Shown here: positions 20,784-30,219 of the stretch, in pieces | How positions within the stretch are numbered: position 1 is the first letter of the stretch | How the letters are laid out: each line of letters opens with the position of its first letter | Origin: Bacteroidia bacterium | GTDB lineage: Bacteria; Bacteroidota; Bacteroidia; M30B66 | DNA length: 64,000 bases | Direction: 5' to 3' | NCBI GenBank assembly: GCA_965279035.1 | Contig: OZ257142.1 | Span: 800,001 to 864,000, forward strand | Position numbers and translations under genes: made by a program | The notes under the pieces: generated by a model | Databases searched by the model: none | Seen by the model: only the letters and a program-made list of their open reading frames with translations | What the model was told of the DNA's origin: nothing

Positions 20784-23700
20784 ATGAATTGTGCTTCAAT
20801 ATTGAAGGGTGTTTTCCATTTGCTGTTGGTTTTTTGGTCAACAGCAATATGGGCTCAAGGAGGTAACACATGCGTTACATCACAAGCGAGTCCTATTGCA
20901 CTTCCGTTTTTTACGAATAATCAAACACTTTGTGGTGATGTAAATGATTACAATGGAGCAAACGCTTGTTTAAGTAATACAGGCTGGGGAAATCCCTATG
21001 GTGGACAAGATTGGTTTTATACAGTAATTCCTGCTCAAGATGGATTAATGAATGTGCTTTTGAACGACATTCATTCTAGCGGACAAGCCTATCCAATGTT
21101 ATCTATTTATGAAGGTTGCCCTGGAACTGGAACCTGTATCAATTCCATTATGGGAAATAATTCAGGGGCAAATACACTCATTCCTGTGATTGCAGGAAAT
21201 GTTTACTTCATTGCCTTAGATGCATTTACTTACTCTAATATCTATGCGAATTGTTATCAATATGATCTTCATGTAAGTCTTACCCCAACTGTTATTCAGC
21301 CTGCATGTTCCAATATGGGTTTTGAATCAAGTAATTTAAATTCTTGGCTTTGTACAACAGGGGCTTCTATAACTGCTCCTGTCGGATCTCCTACTCCTAT
21401 ATATCAAATGTCGGGTATTGGAGTTGTGAATGGGAGACATACCATTATGACTGGTGGTACTGATCCTTGCGGAGGGTTTTCTTGCGTTGATCCTTTAGGG
21501 GGTTCGCGATCTGTTCGTATTGGAAATAATCAAACAGGAGCTGAAGCGGAACAAATTGCTCAATCATTTTTAGTAGGTCCAAGCAATTCAAGCTTTACTT
21601 ATCGATATGCAGTGGTTTTTGAGGATCCGGGACATACTTCTGCAGAACAACCTTTTTTTATTGCTCGTTTAAGAGACCAAGCTGGTGATGTAATTCCTTG
21701 TTCCGAATTTATCGTCTCAGCTGCCGCAAGTTTACCAGGTTTCTTTAATTCTTCTACTTGTAGTGGAGTTCGCTACAAACCTTGGAGTACAGTTAATGTT
21801 GATCTTTCTAATTATTTAGGTCAAAATGTAACGGTCGAATTTACTGCTGGAGATTGCAGTCAAGGTGGACATTTTGGGTATGCTTATGTAGATGCTTCTT
21901 GCTCTCCTTCCACCTTAGCTGCCTTGGCCGATACTATTTGTCCTGGACAATCTGTTGTGCTTACAGCGCCATCTGGATATTCTTCTTTCTCTTGGCAACC
22001 AGGAAATGTTACTACCCAAACCATTACGGTAAGCCCAGCTGTTACTACGACTTATACATTGAATCTTACTGCCTTTAATGGTTGTGTTTCTCATGTTCAA
22101 ATACCCATTACAGTTGCTCCCATTCCAGTTCCTGTAATTCAATATCAAGCTCCAGCTTGCGATTTACCCGTTCAAGTTCAATCAAACAGTACCATCAGCT
22201 CAGGAACAATTAGCTCTCAGCAATGGAATTTGGGAGGAAACGCTGCTCCTAGTTCTTCCGCTCAATCAACTGTTAATGTGCAATATCCTGGTCCGGGTTC
22301 GTACCCGATAAGTTTGAGTTTAACTTCCGATCAAGGATGTACTGCAACCGCAACTCAAACAGTTGTAGTTCCTCCTTGTGTTTTTCGAATTGCTATTTCG
22401 GGTGATACTATTTGCCCAGGACAATGTTTGAGTTTTCCTGTATCAAGTGCTTATGGAACGCCTCCATATACTTATTTGTGGTCGAACGGAAGTACAGATA
22501 GTACACTCACAATTTGTAGCAATTCGACTACTCAAATTGGACTTACTGTTACCGATGCAAATGGATTTATTGCAAGCGATACTGCAATGATAACAGTAGT
22601 TCCAGCCATTATTTTTCAGCCAATTATTTCTGATGTGTCCTGCTTTGGAAATTCAGATGGTTCTATCAATCCCAATGCTCAAGGTTGGGGGCCATTTGTT
22701 TATTCTTGGTCAAATTCAAGTTCCGATTCTATCCTGAGCAATTTGTCTATTGGTACTTATTCTGTTGCAGTTCATGATCATTTTGGTTGTCCTGCGGATT
22801 CAAGTTTTAATGTGAATGAACCAAATCCAATAACGAGTAGTTTAATTATTCAGCCTGCTACTTGTAATCAAAGTAATGGGTCGATACAAGTAAATACTCC
22901 TCAAGGAGGAACATCTCCTTTTGAATTTGCAATTGATACGAGTGTTTATTCCTCTTTATCACAGTTTGTAGGACTTTCAAACGGAATGCATTCGATATCC
23001 ATTCAAGATGCTCATGGTTGTATTTTTCAAATCAATGATTCAATTCCCATGTTGAGCTTCCCAACTCAACTGTCGATGAATCTTGTTGATGCAAGTTGTG
23101 GGATCGATAATGGAGTTGTTTCTCCTCTTCAAGTTTCAGGTGGAATTGGGCCTTTCCAAATTTGGGTAAATGGAACTAATATGGGAATTGTATCAATTCC
23201 TATCTCTTTTGATTCACTTCCTGCAGGTCCATTTAATGTTGAATTGGCTGATGTTAATGGATGTTTGATAGATACTAATGTAACCCTTCAACAGCATTTA
23301 GGGCCAGCTGCATTTGGATTTACTTTAATACCCTCCACGTGTGGATTAAATAATGCAAGTCTTCAAATTGATTCGGTATTTGGTGGAAGTCCGGCATTTA
23401 CATACAGCTTGAATGGTGGTTTGTTTTCAACTCAAAACCAGTTTGCCAACCTATCTCCCGGAACAATTTTGATTCAAGTTCAAGATCAACTTCATTGTCT
23501 CTTAGATTCTTCAATCATCATTACATCGATTCCAGATGTTGAAGTTTCTGCATCGGTTATCCAACAAGTGCAATGTGCTGGTGGCTCTGATGGACAAGCA
23601 TCAGCAATTATTTTAAGTGGAACGGCTCCATTTAGCTTTCAATGGACCAATGGAGAAAGCGATTCAACGGCAAGTTCATTACAAGAAGGAACCTGGAATG

Positions 23701-25706
23701 TTTTTGTGAGCGATGCGCATAACTGCCTCGATACAGCACAAATAATCATCACGCAGCCTCAACCTCTATTCCTTACGATTGACTATTCTAATCCTCATTG
23801 TGCAATTGCCAATGGACATATCTCGGCTGATTCTACAAGCGGAGGAACAAGTCCATATCACTATCAGCTTAACGGAGGTTTGCTTCAAAATACTCCGATT
23901 TTTTCCTCTTTGGATGTTGGCTCGTATACATTGCAAGTGGTTGATGCTCATGGTTGTGCTATCACTCAACAAGCACAGCTCGCAATGCCATCGTATCCTA
24001 CCATGTTAATTTTACAAGCGCAAGATGCTGTGTGTGCATTGCCTAACGGTGAAGCCAAATTAATGCAAGTTCAAGGTGGTATTGCTCCATTTCAAGTTCA
24101 ATGGGTCGATACTTCTTTCGAAACCATTCAGGATTTCCCATTCATTCGTGCTGGACTCGATGCTGGCTCATTTCCTATTGTTGTTCGGGATGCTAATGGT
24201 TGTATTGTCGATTCTATAGTTTCTATCCAGCAATTTGCAGGTCCAGATCAAATGCTTGTACAGCTTCAGGCTGCAACGTGTGATTTAAACAATGCATCAC
24301 TCGAAATTCAATCAATAGTTGGAGGAACGCCAACATATCAATACACCTTAAATGGTGGAGTTTATAACAATTTGCAACAATTCTCGAATCTAAGTCCAGG
24401 TAATTATGCTGTTTCTGTTCGCGATATTCATGGTTGCACAATTGATTCGGCATTTACACTTAATGCTATCCCTAATGTTCAAATTGCCCCATTTATCACA
24501 CATCCAATAACGTGTTATGGTTATAGTGATGGTGAATTGCAAGCCGATATTCAGCAAGGTACTCAACCGTATAGCATTTCATGGTTAAATGGTCCTGTAG
24601 GAATAAACTCAGGAAATCTCATTGCCGGGACGTATCAAGTAAGTGTTACAGATAGCAATGGGTGTATTCAAACTTCCTCTATTGTTTTAACGCAACCCGA
24701 TCCTGTTGTGATCAATGTAACAGGTCCAGCCTATGTTTGCGAAGGGAATGAAGCAACACTTATTGCTCATGCTTCTGGTGGAACAAGCCATATTGCGCTC
24801 ACTTGGCCGGGGTTTTCTAGCGAAAGCGATACCTTGATCGATGTTCCTCTTATAAGTAAAACATATACTGCTACTGCAACCGATGTATTAGGTTGTGCCG
24901 CTTCGGATACACATTCGGTAGCATTGCGCATTCGTCCGCAAGGAACAATTACAACCGATGTAGCCCAAGGATGTAGTCCTGTATGTGCCAATTTTGAAGT
25001 GAATTCAACCGGTCCAGCTTTGCTAACGAATTTCAATTGGACATTCTCGAATGGTGCGCAAGGGTTGAATGCTATTCAAAAGATTTGCTTTACCGAAAGT
25101 GGAACTCAAGATGTTAGTGTTCTTCTAACGGATGTATTTGGTTGTACTGCTGTATTATCGGCCGAAGGTGCTGTTACCGTGTATGGTTTGCCAGATGCAC
25201 GATTTGATGTAAGTCCTCACACTGCAAATATTCTCCATCCTGAATATAAGTTTATCCAAGAGAGTTTATTGGCTGATACCTATTTTTGGACCTTTGGTGA
25301 TGGAGATACTTCCATCGAAGAATCGCCTTCTCATACTTACCCGGATACTGGTCAGTATAATGCTTGCTTGCGTGTAACAACAAACCATGGCTGCACCGAT
25401 CAAGTATGTAAAAAAGTAGAAATAGATCCTTTCCCAACCATTTTTGCTCCCAATGCATTTACTCCCAATGGTGATGGTACCAATGAAGTATTTATGATTA
25501 AAGTGACTTATGCAGAGCGCTTTCTGCTTGAAATATTTGATCGTTGGGGTGAATTGATTTATGAAGGTTCTGATCCTTTAGAAGGATGGGATGGAACGTA
25601 TCAAGGAAATCGGGTGCAAGAAGATGTATATGTATGGCGCGCTACGATTACAAATTCTGAACACAAAGCGAAACAACTTATAGGTAGAGTTTCTCTCATT
25701 GATTAA
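20784..25706 (+). CDS. Large T9SS type-B CTD surface protein with SprB-like repeats and PKD domains
   Basis: Signal peptide ending AIWA|Q; repeats of C..x.GS..GGTxPYxYxW/L..L..G.Y.V.V.D..GC; WTFGDG PKD; CTD PNAFTPNGDGTN..IFDRWG..GWDG..DVYVW. Confidence 0.92.
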   Translation: MNCASILKGVFHLLLVFWSTAIWAQGGNTCVTSQASPIALPFFTNNQTLCGDVNDYNGANACLSNTGWGNPYGGQDWFYTVIPAQDGLMNVLLNDIHSSGQAYPMLSIYEGCPGTGTCINSIMGNNSGANTLIPVIAGNVYFIALDAFTYSNIYANCYQYDLHVSLTPTVIQPACSNMGFESSNLNSWLCTTGASITAPVGSPTPIYQMSGIGVVNGRHTIMTGGTDPCGGFSCVDPLGGSRSVRIGNNQTGAEAEQIAQSFLVGPSNSSFTYRYAVVFEDPGHTSAEQPFFIARLRDQAGDVIPCSEFIVSAAASLPGFFNSSTCSGVRYKPWSTVNVDLSNYLGQNVTVEFTAGDCSQGGHFGYAYVDASCSPSTLAALADTICPGQSVVLTAPSGYSSFSWQPGNVTTQTITVSPAVTTTYTLNLTAFNGCVSHVQIPITVAPIPVPVIQYQAPACDLPVQVQSNSTISSGTISSQQWNLGGNAAPSSSAQSTVNVQYPGPGSYPISLSLTSDQGCTATATQTVVVPPCVFRIAISGDTICPGQCLSFPVSSAYGTPPYTYLWSNGSTDSTLTICSNSTTQIGLTVTDANGFIASDTAMITVVPAIIFQPIISDVSCFGNSDGSINPNAQGWGPFVYSWSNSSSDSILSNLSIGTYSVAVHDHFGCPADSSFNVNEPNPITSSLIIQPATCNQSNGSIQVNTPQGGTSPFEFAIDTSVYSSLSQFVGLSNGMHSISIQDAHGCIFQINDSIPMLSFPTQLSMNLVDASCGIDNGVVSPLQVSGGIGPFQIWVNGTNMGIVSIPISFDSLPAGPFNVELADVNGCLIDTNVTLQQHLGPAAFGFTLIPSTCGLNNASLQIDSVFGGSPAFTYSLNGGLFSTQNQFANLSPGTILIQVQDQLHCLLDSSIIITSIPDVEVSASVIQQVQCAGGSDGQASAIILSGTAPFSFQWTNGESDSTASSLQEGTWNVFVSDAHNCLDTAQIIITQPQPLFLTIDYSNPHCAIANGHISADSTSGGTSPYHYQLNGGLLQNTPIFSSLDVGSYTLQVVDAHGCAITQQAQLAMPSYPTMLILQAQDAVCALPNGEAKLMQVQGGIAPFQVQWVDTSFETIQDFPFIRAGLDAGSFPIVVRDANGCIVDSIVSIQQFAGPDQMLVQLQAATCDLNNASLEIQSIVGGTPTYQYTLNGGVYNNLQQFSNLSPGNYAVSVRDIHGCTIDSAFTLNAIPNVQIAPFITHPITCYGYSDGELQADIQQGTQPYSISWLNGPVGINSGNLIAGTYQVSVTDSNGCIQTSSIVLTQPDPVVINVTGPAYVCEGNEATLIAHASGGTSHIALTWPGFSSESDTLIDVPLISKTYTATATDVLGCAASDTHSVALRIRPQGTITTDVAQGCSPVCANFEVNSTGPALLTNFNWTFSNGAQGLNAIQKICFTESGTQDVSVLLTDVFGCTAVLSAEGAVTVYGLPDARFDVSPHTANILHPEYKFIQESLLADTYFWTFGDGDTSIEESPSHTYPDTGQYNACLRVTTNHGCTDQVCKKVEIDPFPTIFAPNAFTPNGDGTNEVFMIKVTYAERFLLEIFDRWGELIYEGSDPLEGWDGTYQGNRVQEDVYVWRATITNSEHKAKQLIGRVSLID

Positions 25707-25713
25707 AAAAAGA

Positions 25714-25743
25714 AAGCCTGCTAATACTTAAATCAGCAGGCTT
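25714..25743. terminator. Probable bidirectional terminator
   Basis: AAGCCTGCT (25714-22) / AGCAGGCTT (25735-43) inverted repeat, A-run on the left, between convergent genes. Confidence 0.7.
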
Positions 25744-25761
25744 CAATTTTGGAAATCCCAA

Positions 25762-27456
25762 TTAATTAGATGTTGAAATTTTCTGATTTACGATGTTTAA
25801 AATTGCGGCTTCTTGTGCGTTAGCTGAACTTACTATATCGTCGCACATCTTCAGTGTTTGCTGGACAAATGCAGCATCTTCATATCCTGAGCAATTGATT
25901 TTCACATTGAGCCAAGCACCCATCACGGCAGTTCTTGCACATAATGCACCAACACCTGCATCGGATACCGAATTTGGATTTCCATTTTCTGCCATTTGCT
26001 GAATGATAGAAAGTGTAGAAGCAGAGAGTTGCATGACTTTAAAAGGCACTTCAATCGCATACCGAGTTGCCGATTGTATAGCCGATTTACGTATAGCTTT
26101 TTCTTCTGGACTGCTATTGGGCAAACCAAATGCATCCATGATTTTATTGAATGCACGTGTGTCTTCATCCACCATTCGGATGAGTTGTTTCTTTAGTTCT
26201 TCGGCTTGTTCGGCAACATCCGAAAACTCTTTCCAACGGGCATCCCAGCCACGTTTGTGTGAGCTAAGATTAGCCACCATTCCAGCTAAGGCAATTCCCA
26301 ATGCACCAACATAAGCGGAAATTGAACCACCACCAGGAGCTGGAGATTCGGAAGATGTTTCGTCGGCAAATGCTTTCAAACTCATGCTCACCAATTTCTC
26401 ATCAGACTCATCGCGTAAAAGGTATTCGATCACACGTTTTTCAGGTTCGAATGGTCCAAGCTCATCGAGTCCCATTGATTTGACGGCAATTTTGATGAGT
26501 TCCGATTCAGAAACGCCTGTTGAACGTTGTTGCTTTTCGAGAAAATAGCGGCCTGCATCTAAGAGACAACTAAGCGGTAATAATCCAACAAGCTCAGATC
26601 CTGTAACCCGAATTCCTCGTGATTCTGCTTTTTTGCATACTTCGTCGAAAGCAATATGAACCGGTGTAACTCGAATGTTGGTTAGGTTCATGGAGATTTG
26701 GGCAACACCGTATTCTTCGATAAACCAACCAATGGCTTTCACCGACTTAAGGCTTCCCGGGACGTGGACTTGATTTCCTTGTTCGTCTTTTACAATTTTA
26801 CCTGTAACAGGATCACCTTCGCGTAAAACTCGACCACGTTCACGCACGTCGAAGGCGATGGAATTTGCTCTACGAACAGATGTTGTATTGAGGTTGACAT
26901 TGAAAGCAATGAGGAAGTCACGAGCGCCAATTACACTAGCACCAGAGCGTTCATTCATTCTAGCTGGACCAAAATCGGGTTTCCATTCGGGTAGAGAAAT
27001 TTTCTTGAAAAACCCTTCGTATTCGCCCGCACGAATTTCACTGAGATTATTTCGACCGGGAATGATAGAAGCCGATTCGTAGAGATATACTGGAATGTTT
27101 AATTCTTCACCAACGCGTTTTCCCAGTTTGCGTGCGTATTCGGCAGTTTCTTCCATGCTGATGCCGGAAATGGGGATAAGCGGACATACATCGGTTGCGC
27201 CCATTCGTGGATGTTCGCCAGTATGCTTACTCATATCGATCAATTCGGCAGCTTTTTTCATGGCTTGAAATGCTGCTTCGATCACTTTATCGGGTGAGCC
27301 AACAAATGTTACAACAGTCCGATTAGTGGCTTTGCCTGGATCAACATTGAGAAGTCGAACACCTTCGATGGCTTCTATTTCGTCGGTGATTTGTTTGATG
27401 ATGCTTAGATTGTTTCCTTCAGAGAAATTAGGAACACATTCGATGAGTTGTTGCAC
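25762..27456 (-). CDS. ftcD: Bifunctional glutamate formimidoyltransferase / formimidoyltetrahydrofolate cyclodeaminase (GTG start)
   Basis: IECVPNFSEG, HPRMGATDVCP, QISMNL, GSELVG; cyclodeaminase motifs PAPGGGS, GNPNSVSDAGVG. Confidence 0.95.
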   Translation of the reverse strand: MQQLIECVPNFSEGNNLSIIKQITDEIEAIEGVRLLNVDPGKATNRTVVTFVGSPDKVIEAAFQAMKKAAELIDMSKHTGEHPRMGATDVCPLIPISGISMEETAEYARKLGKRVGEELNIPVYLYESASIIPGRNNLSEIRAGEYEGFFKKISLPEWKPDFGPARMNERSGASVIGARDFLIAFNVNLNTTSVRRANSIAFDVRERGRVLREGDPVTGKIVKDEQGNQVHVPGSLKSVKAIGWFIEEYGVAQISMNLTNIRVTPVHIAFDEVCKKAESRGIRVTGSELVGLLPLSCLLDAGRYFLEKQQRSTGVSESELIKIAVKSMGLDELGPFEPEKRVIEYLLRDESDEKLVSMSLKAFADETSSESPAPGGGSISAYVGALGIALAGMVANLSSHKRGWDARWKEFSDVAEQAEELKKQLIRMVDEDTRAFNKIMDAFGLPNSSPEEKAIRKSAIQSATRYAIEVPFKVMQLSASTLSIIQQMAENGNPNSVSDAGVGALCARTAVMGAWLNVKINCSGYEDAAFVQQTLKMCDDIVSSANAQEAAILNIVNQKISTSN

Positions 27457-27464
27457 GGTGGAAT

Positions 27465-27530
27465 AATTACGAAATTTTATTTATTAATTACGAATTACGA
27501 ATTACGAATTACGAATTACGAATTACGAAT
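27465..27530. repeat. Heptanucleotide tandem repeat (AATTACG)x6 plus partial unit and one detached copy
   Basis: Six perfect units 27486-27527, AAT to 27530; extra AATTACGAA at 27465-27473. Confidence 0.97.
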
Positions 27531-27615
27531 TTGCAATTTAGGAGCAAAAGAACGGTAAAAATGAATAGAATGAGTTTGGTGATTGTAAAAAACGAAAGCT
27601 AGCTTATGGCTTAGA

Positions 27616-27689
27616 GCGGCAACGATTGAAGCCGGCATCCCTGATGAGCGAAGCGAAGAAGGATAAAGGCGTAAAGCGTGTTCGACCGC
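27616..27689 (+). ncRNA. Flavo-1-like structured RNA / repeat element
   Basis: Nested pairing GCGG/CCGC, ACG/CGT, GCC/GGC, ATCC/GGAT with linkers GATTGAA and GTAAAG; resembles my recollection of the Flavo-1 consensus; not confirmed by covariance model. Confidence 0.6.
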
Positions 27690-27699
27690 CCAAATCATT

Positions 27700-28602
27700 T
27701 TAAATTTTCTGAAATAATCCTTTAAGAGCGTCGCCTTTTCCAGTGAGTGTAAGGATGCGATTTATTAAGGATTTTGAGAAACCTAATAGAAGATTTTTTT
27801 CGAATCGATTTCGGAGAACCTCATCCTGTGTATTCGCAGAGACAAACTCGGTTCCTTCTGTAGTACTGGCTTGGGGAGGAGCGGGATTTTGACTTGTAAT
27901 AAATCGGGTTATGCTGATGCCTGTTGCTTGGATAAATACTTTGCGCAGGTGATGATCGCGCATAAGTTTATTTAAGGAAGAAGGAGTGTAATAGGATAGA
28001 TGCTCAGGCCAAGAAATTACGTTGTAGCTCGACTTCAAATTATATCGAAGTAGTGAGTTGAAATTGGGTGTTGTAATATAGAGTAGACCGCCTTTTCGGA
28101 GGAGTTTGCTAAAATTAGAAATTTCAGTTCTGGGTGTGTTGATGTGTTCGATGACTTCGAACGAAGTGATCACATCGAAACTTTCGGGTTCAAATGAGCT
28201 TGGATCTAAAACCCCTTTTTTCATTTTAATTCCTTTGGCTTCACAAATTTGAATGGCAGCATCGGTGAATTCGGTGCCATAAACATCCCAACCGCGCGAT
28301 TTAGCAACTTCTAAGAAATAGCCAATTCCGCAGCCTACATCGAGGAGTTTGTTTGTTTTACGAGCACCTTCGAATCGATCAAGAATTTCGTGATAACGCT
28401 TGATGGTGATTGGACTCAAATAGTCATTTCTACCGTAGCCTTTGTAATATTCTTCGAGTTGAGTTTGAGAAGGATTATTGGTTGAAAATACCATTCCGCA
28501 GTTTGAACAACGGGCGAGCCATGCTTTCTCATATCCTGCAATTGGCTTTAATTGATCACTATTACATACAATACACGAATGAATTGTTTGAGTTTGATTC
28601 AT
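27700..28602 (-). CDS. Class I SAM-dependent methyltransferase with N-terminal CxxC...CxxC
   Basis: CIVC/CSNC; LLDVGCGIG; FDVITSFEVIEH; ITTPN; EHLSYY. Confidence 0.88.
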   Translation of the reverse strand: MNQTQTIHSCIVCNSDQLKPIAGYEKAWLARCSNCGMVFSTNNPSQTQLEEYYKGYGRNDYLSPITIKRYHEILDRFEGARKTNKLLDVGCGIGYFLEVAKSRGWDVYGTEFTDAAIQICEAKGIKMKKGVLDPSSFEPESFDVITSFEVIEHINTPRTEISNFSKLLRKGGLLYITTPNFNSLLRYNLKSSYNVISWPEHLSYYTPSSLNKLMRDHHLRKVFIQATGISITRFITSQNPAPPQASTTEGTEFVSANTQDEVLRNRFEKNLLLGFSKSLINRILTLTGKGDALKGLFQKI

Positions 28603-28867
28603 GCTTTGTTCAAAGTTGAGAAATGGATCAATTCAATTGGAATTTTGAGAGTTAATCTGAATAAGAATGCTAGTATTTAAGGAAAAAATGAAATCCAAGT
28701 ATTCAATTCAAATAGGCAAAAGAAATCTTCCCAAAGCTAAATTTTCCCTTTAGATAATTTGTTAGAATAGCGAGAATGATAAAAAATAATTGAAAGTTAT
28801 CTTTCTATTTCCTCTAAAGAAAAGCGAATGAACACTATGCAAAGGGTAATTTAATGAATGTGAATTT

Positions 28868-30145
28868 CTATTCACGATTTAATACTTCGTTAAAGAACTG
28901 CATATAATTTTCTTTTGCTCGATATTTAGATTTATAGGTTCTATAAGCATTTTGAGCAAATAGATTGTATTCGATTTGTTCCATTTCGGCCCAACGAATT
29001 AAGCAAGAAGAAAGAATGTCTGCATCGGCATTAGCAGGTAACAAACTACCATTGAATTCATCTTCCACAATCTCAGAAACACCTCCAACATTAACCGAAA
29101 TAACTGGCATGCCATGTCCCATCGCCTCCATCATTGAAACTGGAATTCCTTCAGATTCGCTAGTACAAAGTAAAATATCAGCTTCTCGGTTTTGGAGAAA
29201 ATTGTAAATAAATTCTTTCGATTTATCTCCTAAAAACTGATAGGAAATATTTGGTTTATTTTGAATGATTTCAGCAGCTAAATTTTCGATTGAATTGTCG
29301 TTAGATGAAGAGGAGCCAATATGGATCCATTCAATTTCATGATGATTTATTTTTGAGATTGCCTGAACGATTCGATCAATTCGTTTGACGGGACGGATGA
29401 AAGCGATTGATAAAATTCGTAATCGATTCTTTGTTTTTACTCCCATGTTTGGTTCGGAAATTTCATCAATTCCGAGATGGTAACAGTTGATTTTTTCTGT
29501 TGGAATGCCATTGAGTTTCGCTCTCAAATGAATTACTCCAGATTCGGAAATCGGATTTGTACTATCGAGAATAGAAATAGTCCATGGCCTTAATGGAAGA
29601 TAGTTTCCAGGGCTTACATAGTAAAAGCAATCCCATCCATGTGCTCTTGTAACGGCTCTTAGATTTGGATATTTATTTCGCAAGATTGCCATTCCAGAAG
29701 CAAAATAACTGAACCAATAACTGTAAAGGACGACCTGTTCTTTGGGATGATTATGAAGTTTGAATAATCGTTCCATTTCAATTGCAAATGCACTTGCTTT
29801 CGCTTGAAATCCTAAAAGTGTTTTGATATGAAATGCATCATTCTTTTGATTGTAATTGGATTTGATGAAAGCTCTTTCTTGTCTCCATGCTTTGCTAAAC
29901 CAGCAAAAGAGGGAAGTTAATTTCTCGAATTTATTTGGACTGCAATTAAGTTCGATTAGTTCGGCATTGTTGGGAACAAATGAACGAATTGTCTTTTCGG
30001 AACGGGTATTTCTTTCAGGTAATATGAGGTATATTTTTTCGAATTGATTCGCAATAATCTTTAATTCATCTTGTAAAAAAGGTTCCGCAAACCCATATGG
30101 ATAGTGCGTTACAATGAGGTAAAGAAAAGGTCGTTTGCTTTTCAT
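28868..30145 (-). CDS. GT4 family glycosyltransferase
   Basis: YPYG..EPF, RAHGWD, VKRID, SESEGIPVSMMEAM (ExxxxxxxE), NVGGVSE. Confidence 0.88.
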   Translation of the reverse strand: MKSKRPFLYLIVTHYPYGFAEPFLQDELKIIANQFEKIYLILPERNTRSEKTIRSFVPNNAELIELNCSPNKFEKLTSLFCWFSKAWRQERAFIKSNYNQKNDAFHIKTLLGFQAKASAFAIEMERLFKLHNHPKEQVVLYSYWFSYFASGMAILRNKYPNLRAVTRAHGWDCFYYVSPGNYLPLRPWTISILDSTNPISESGVIHLRAKLNGIPTEKINCYHLGIDEISEPNMGVKTKNRLRILSIAFIRPVKRIDRIVQAISKINHHEIEWIHIGSSSSNDNSIENLAAEIIQNKPNISYQFLGDKSKEFIYNFLQNREADILLCTSESEGIPVSMMEAMGHGMPVISVNVGGVSEIVEDEFNGSLLPANADADILSSCLIRWAEMEQIEYNLFAQNAYRTYKSKYRAKENYMQFFNEVLNRE

Positions 30146-30219
30146 TGGCTGCTAAAATAGCGTTTAAAATCAACCCAATAGGAAAGCGAACGATTGATAA
30201 TTTAAATCAGAAAAAACAT

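Noticed and set aside
25762-27456. Mammalian-style fused FTCD
   Set aside because: The bifunctional form is known in Bacteroidota
27486-27530. CRISPR array
   Set aside because: Contiguous 7-bp units with no spacers and no cas genes
27641-27664. Hammerhead ribozyme-like core CTGATGA-GC-GAA-GC-GAAG
   Set aside because: GAAG instead of GAAA, and the flanks pair with each other (ATCC/GGAT), leaving no third helix or NUH site; better explained as the apical part of the Flavo-1-like element
27516-27698. 60-aa minus-strand ORF
   Set aside because: Runs through the structured element and repeat; no protein-like features
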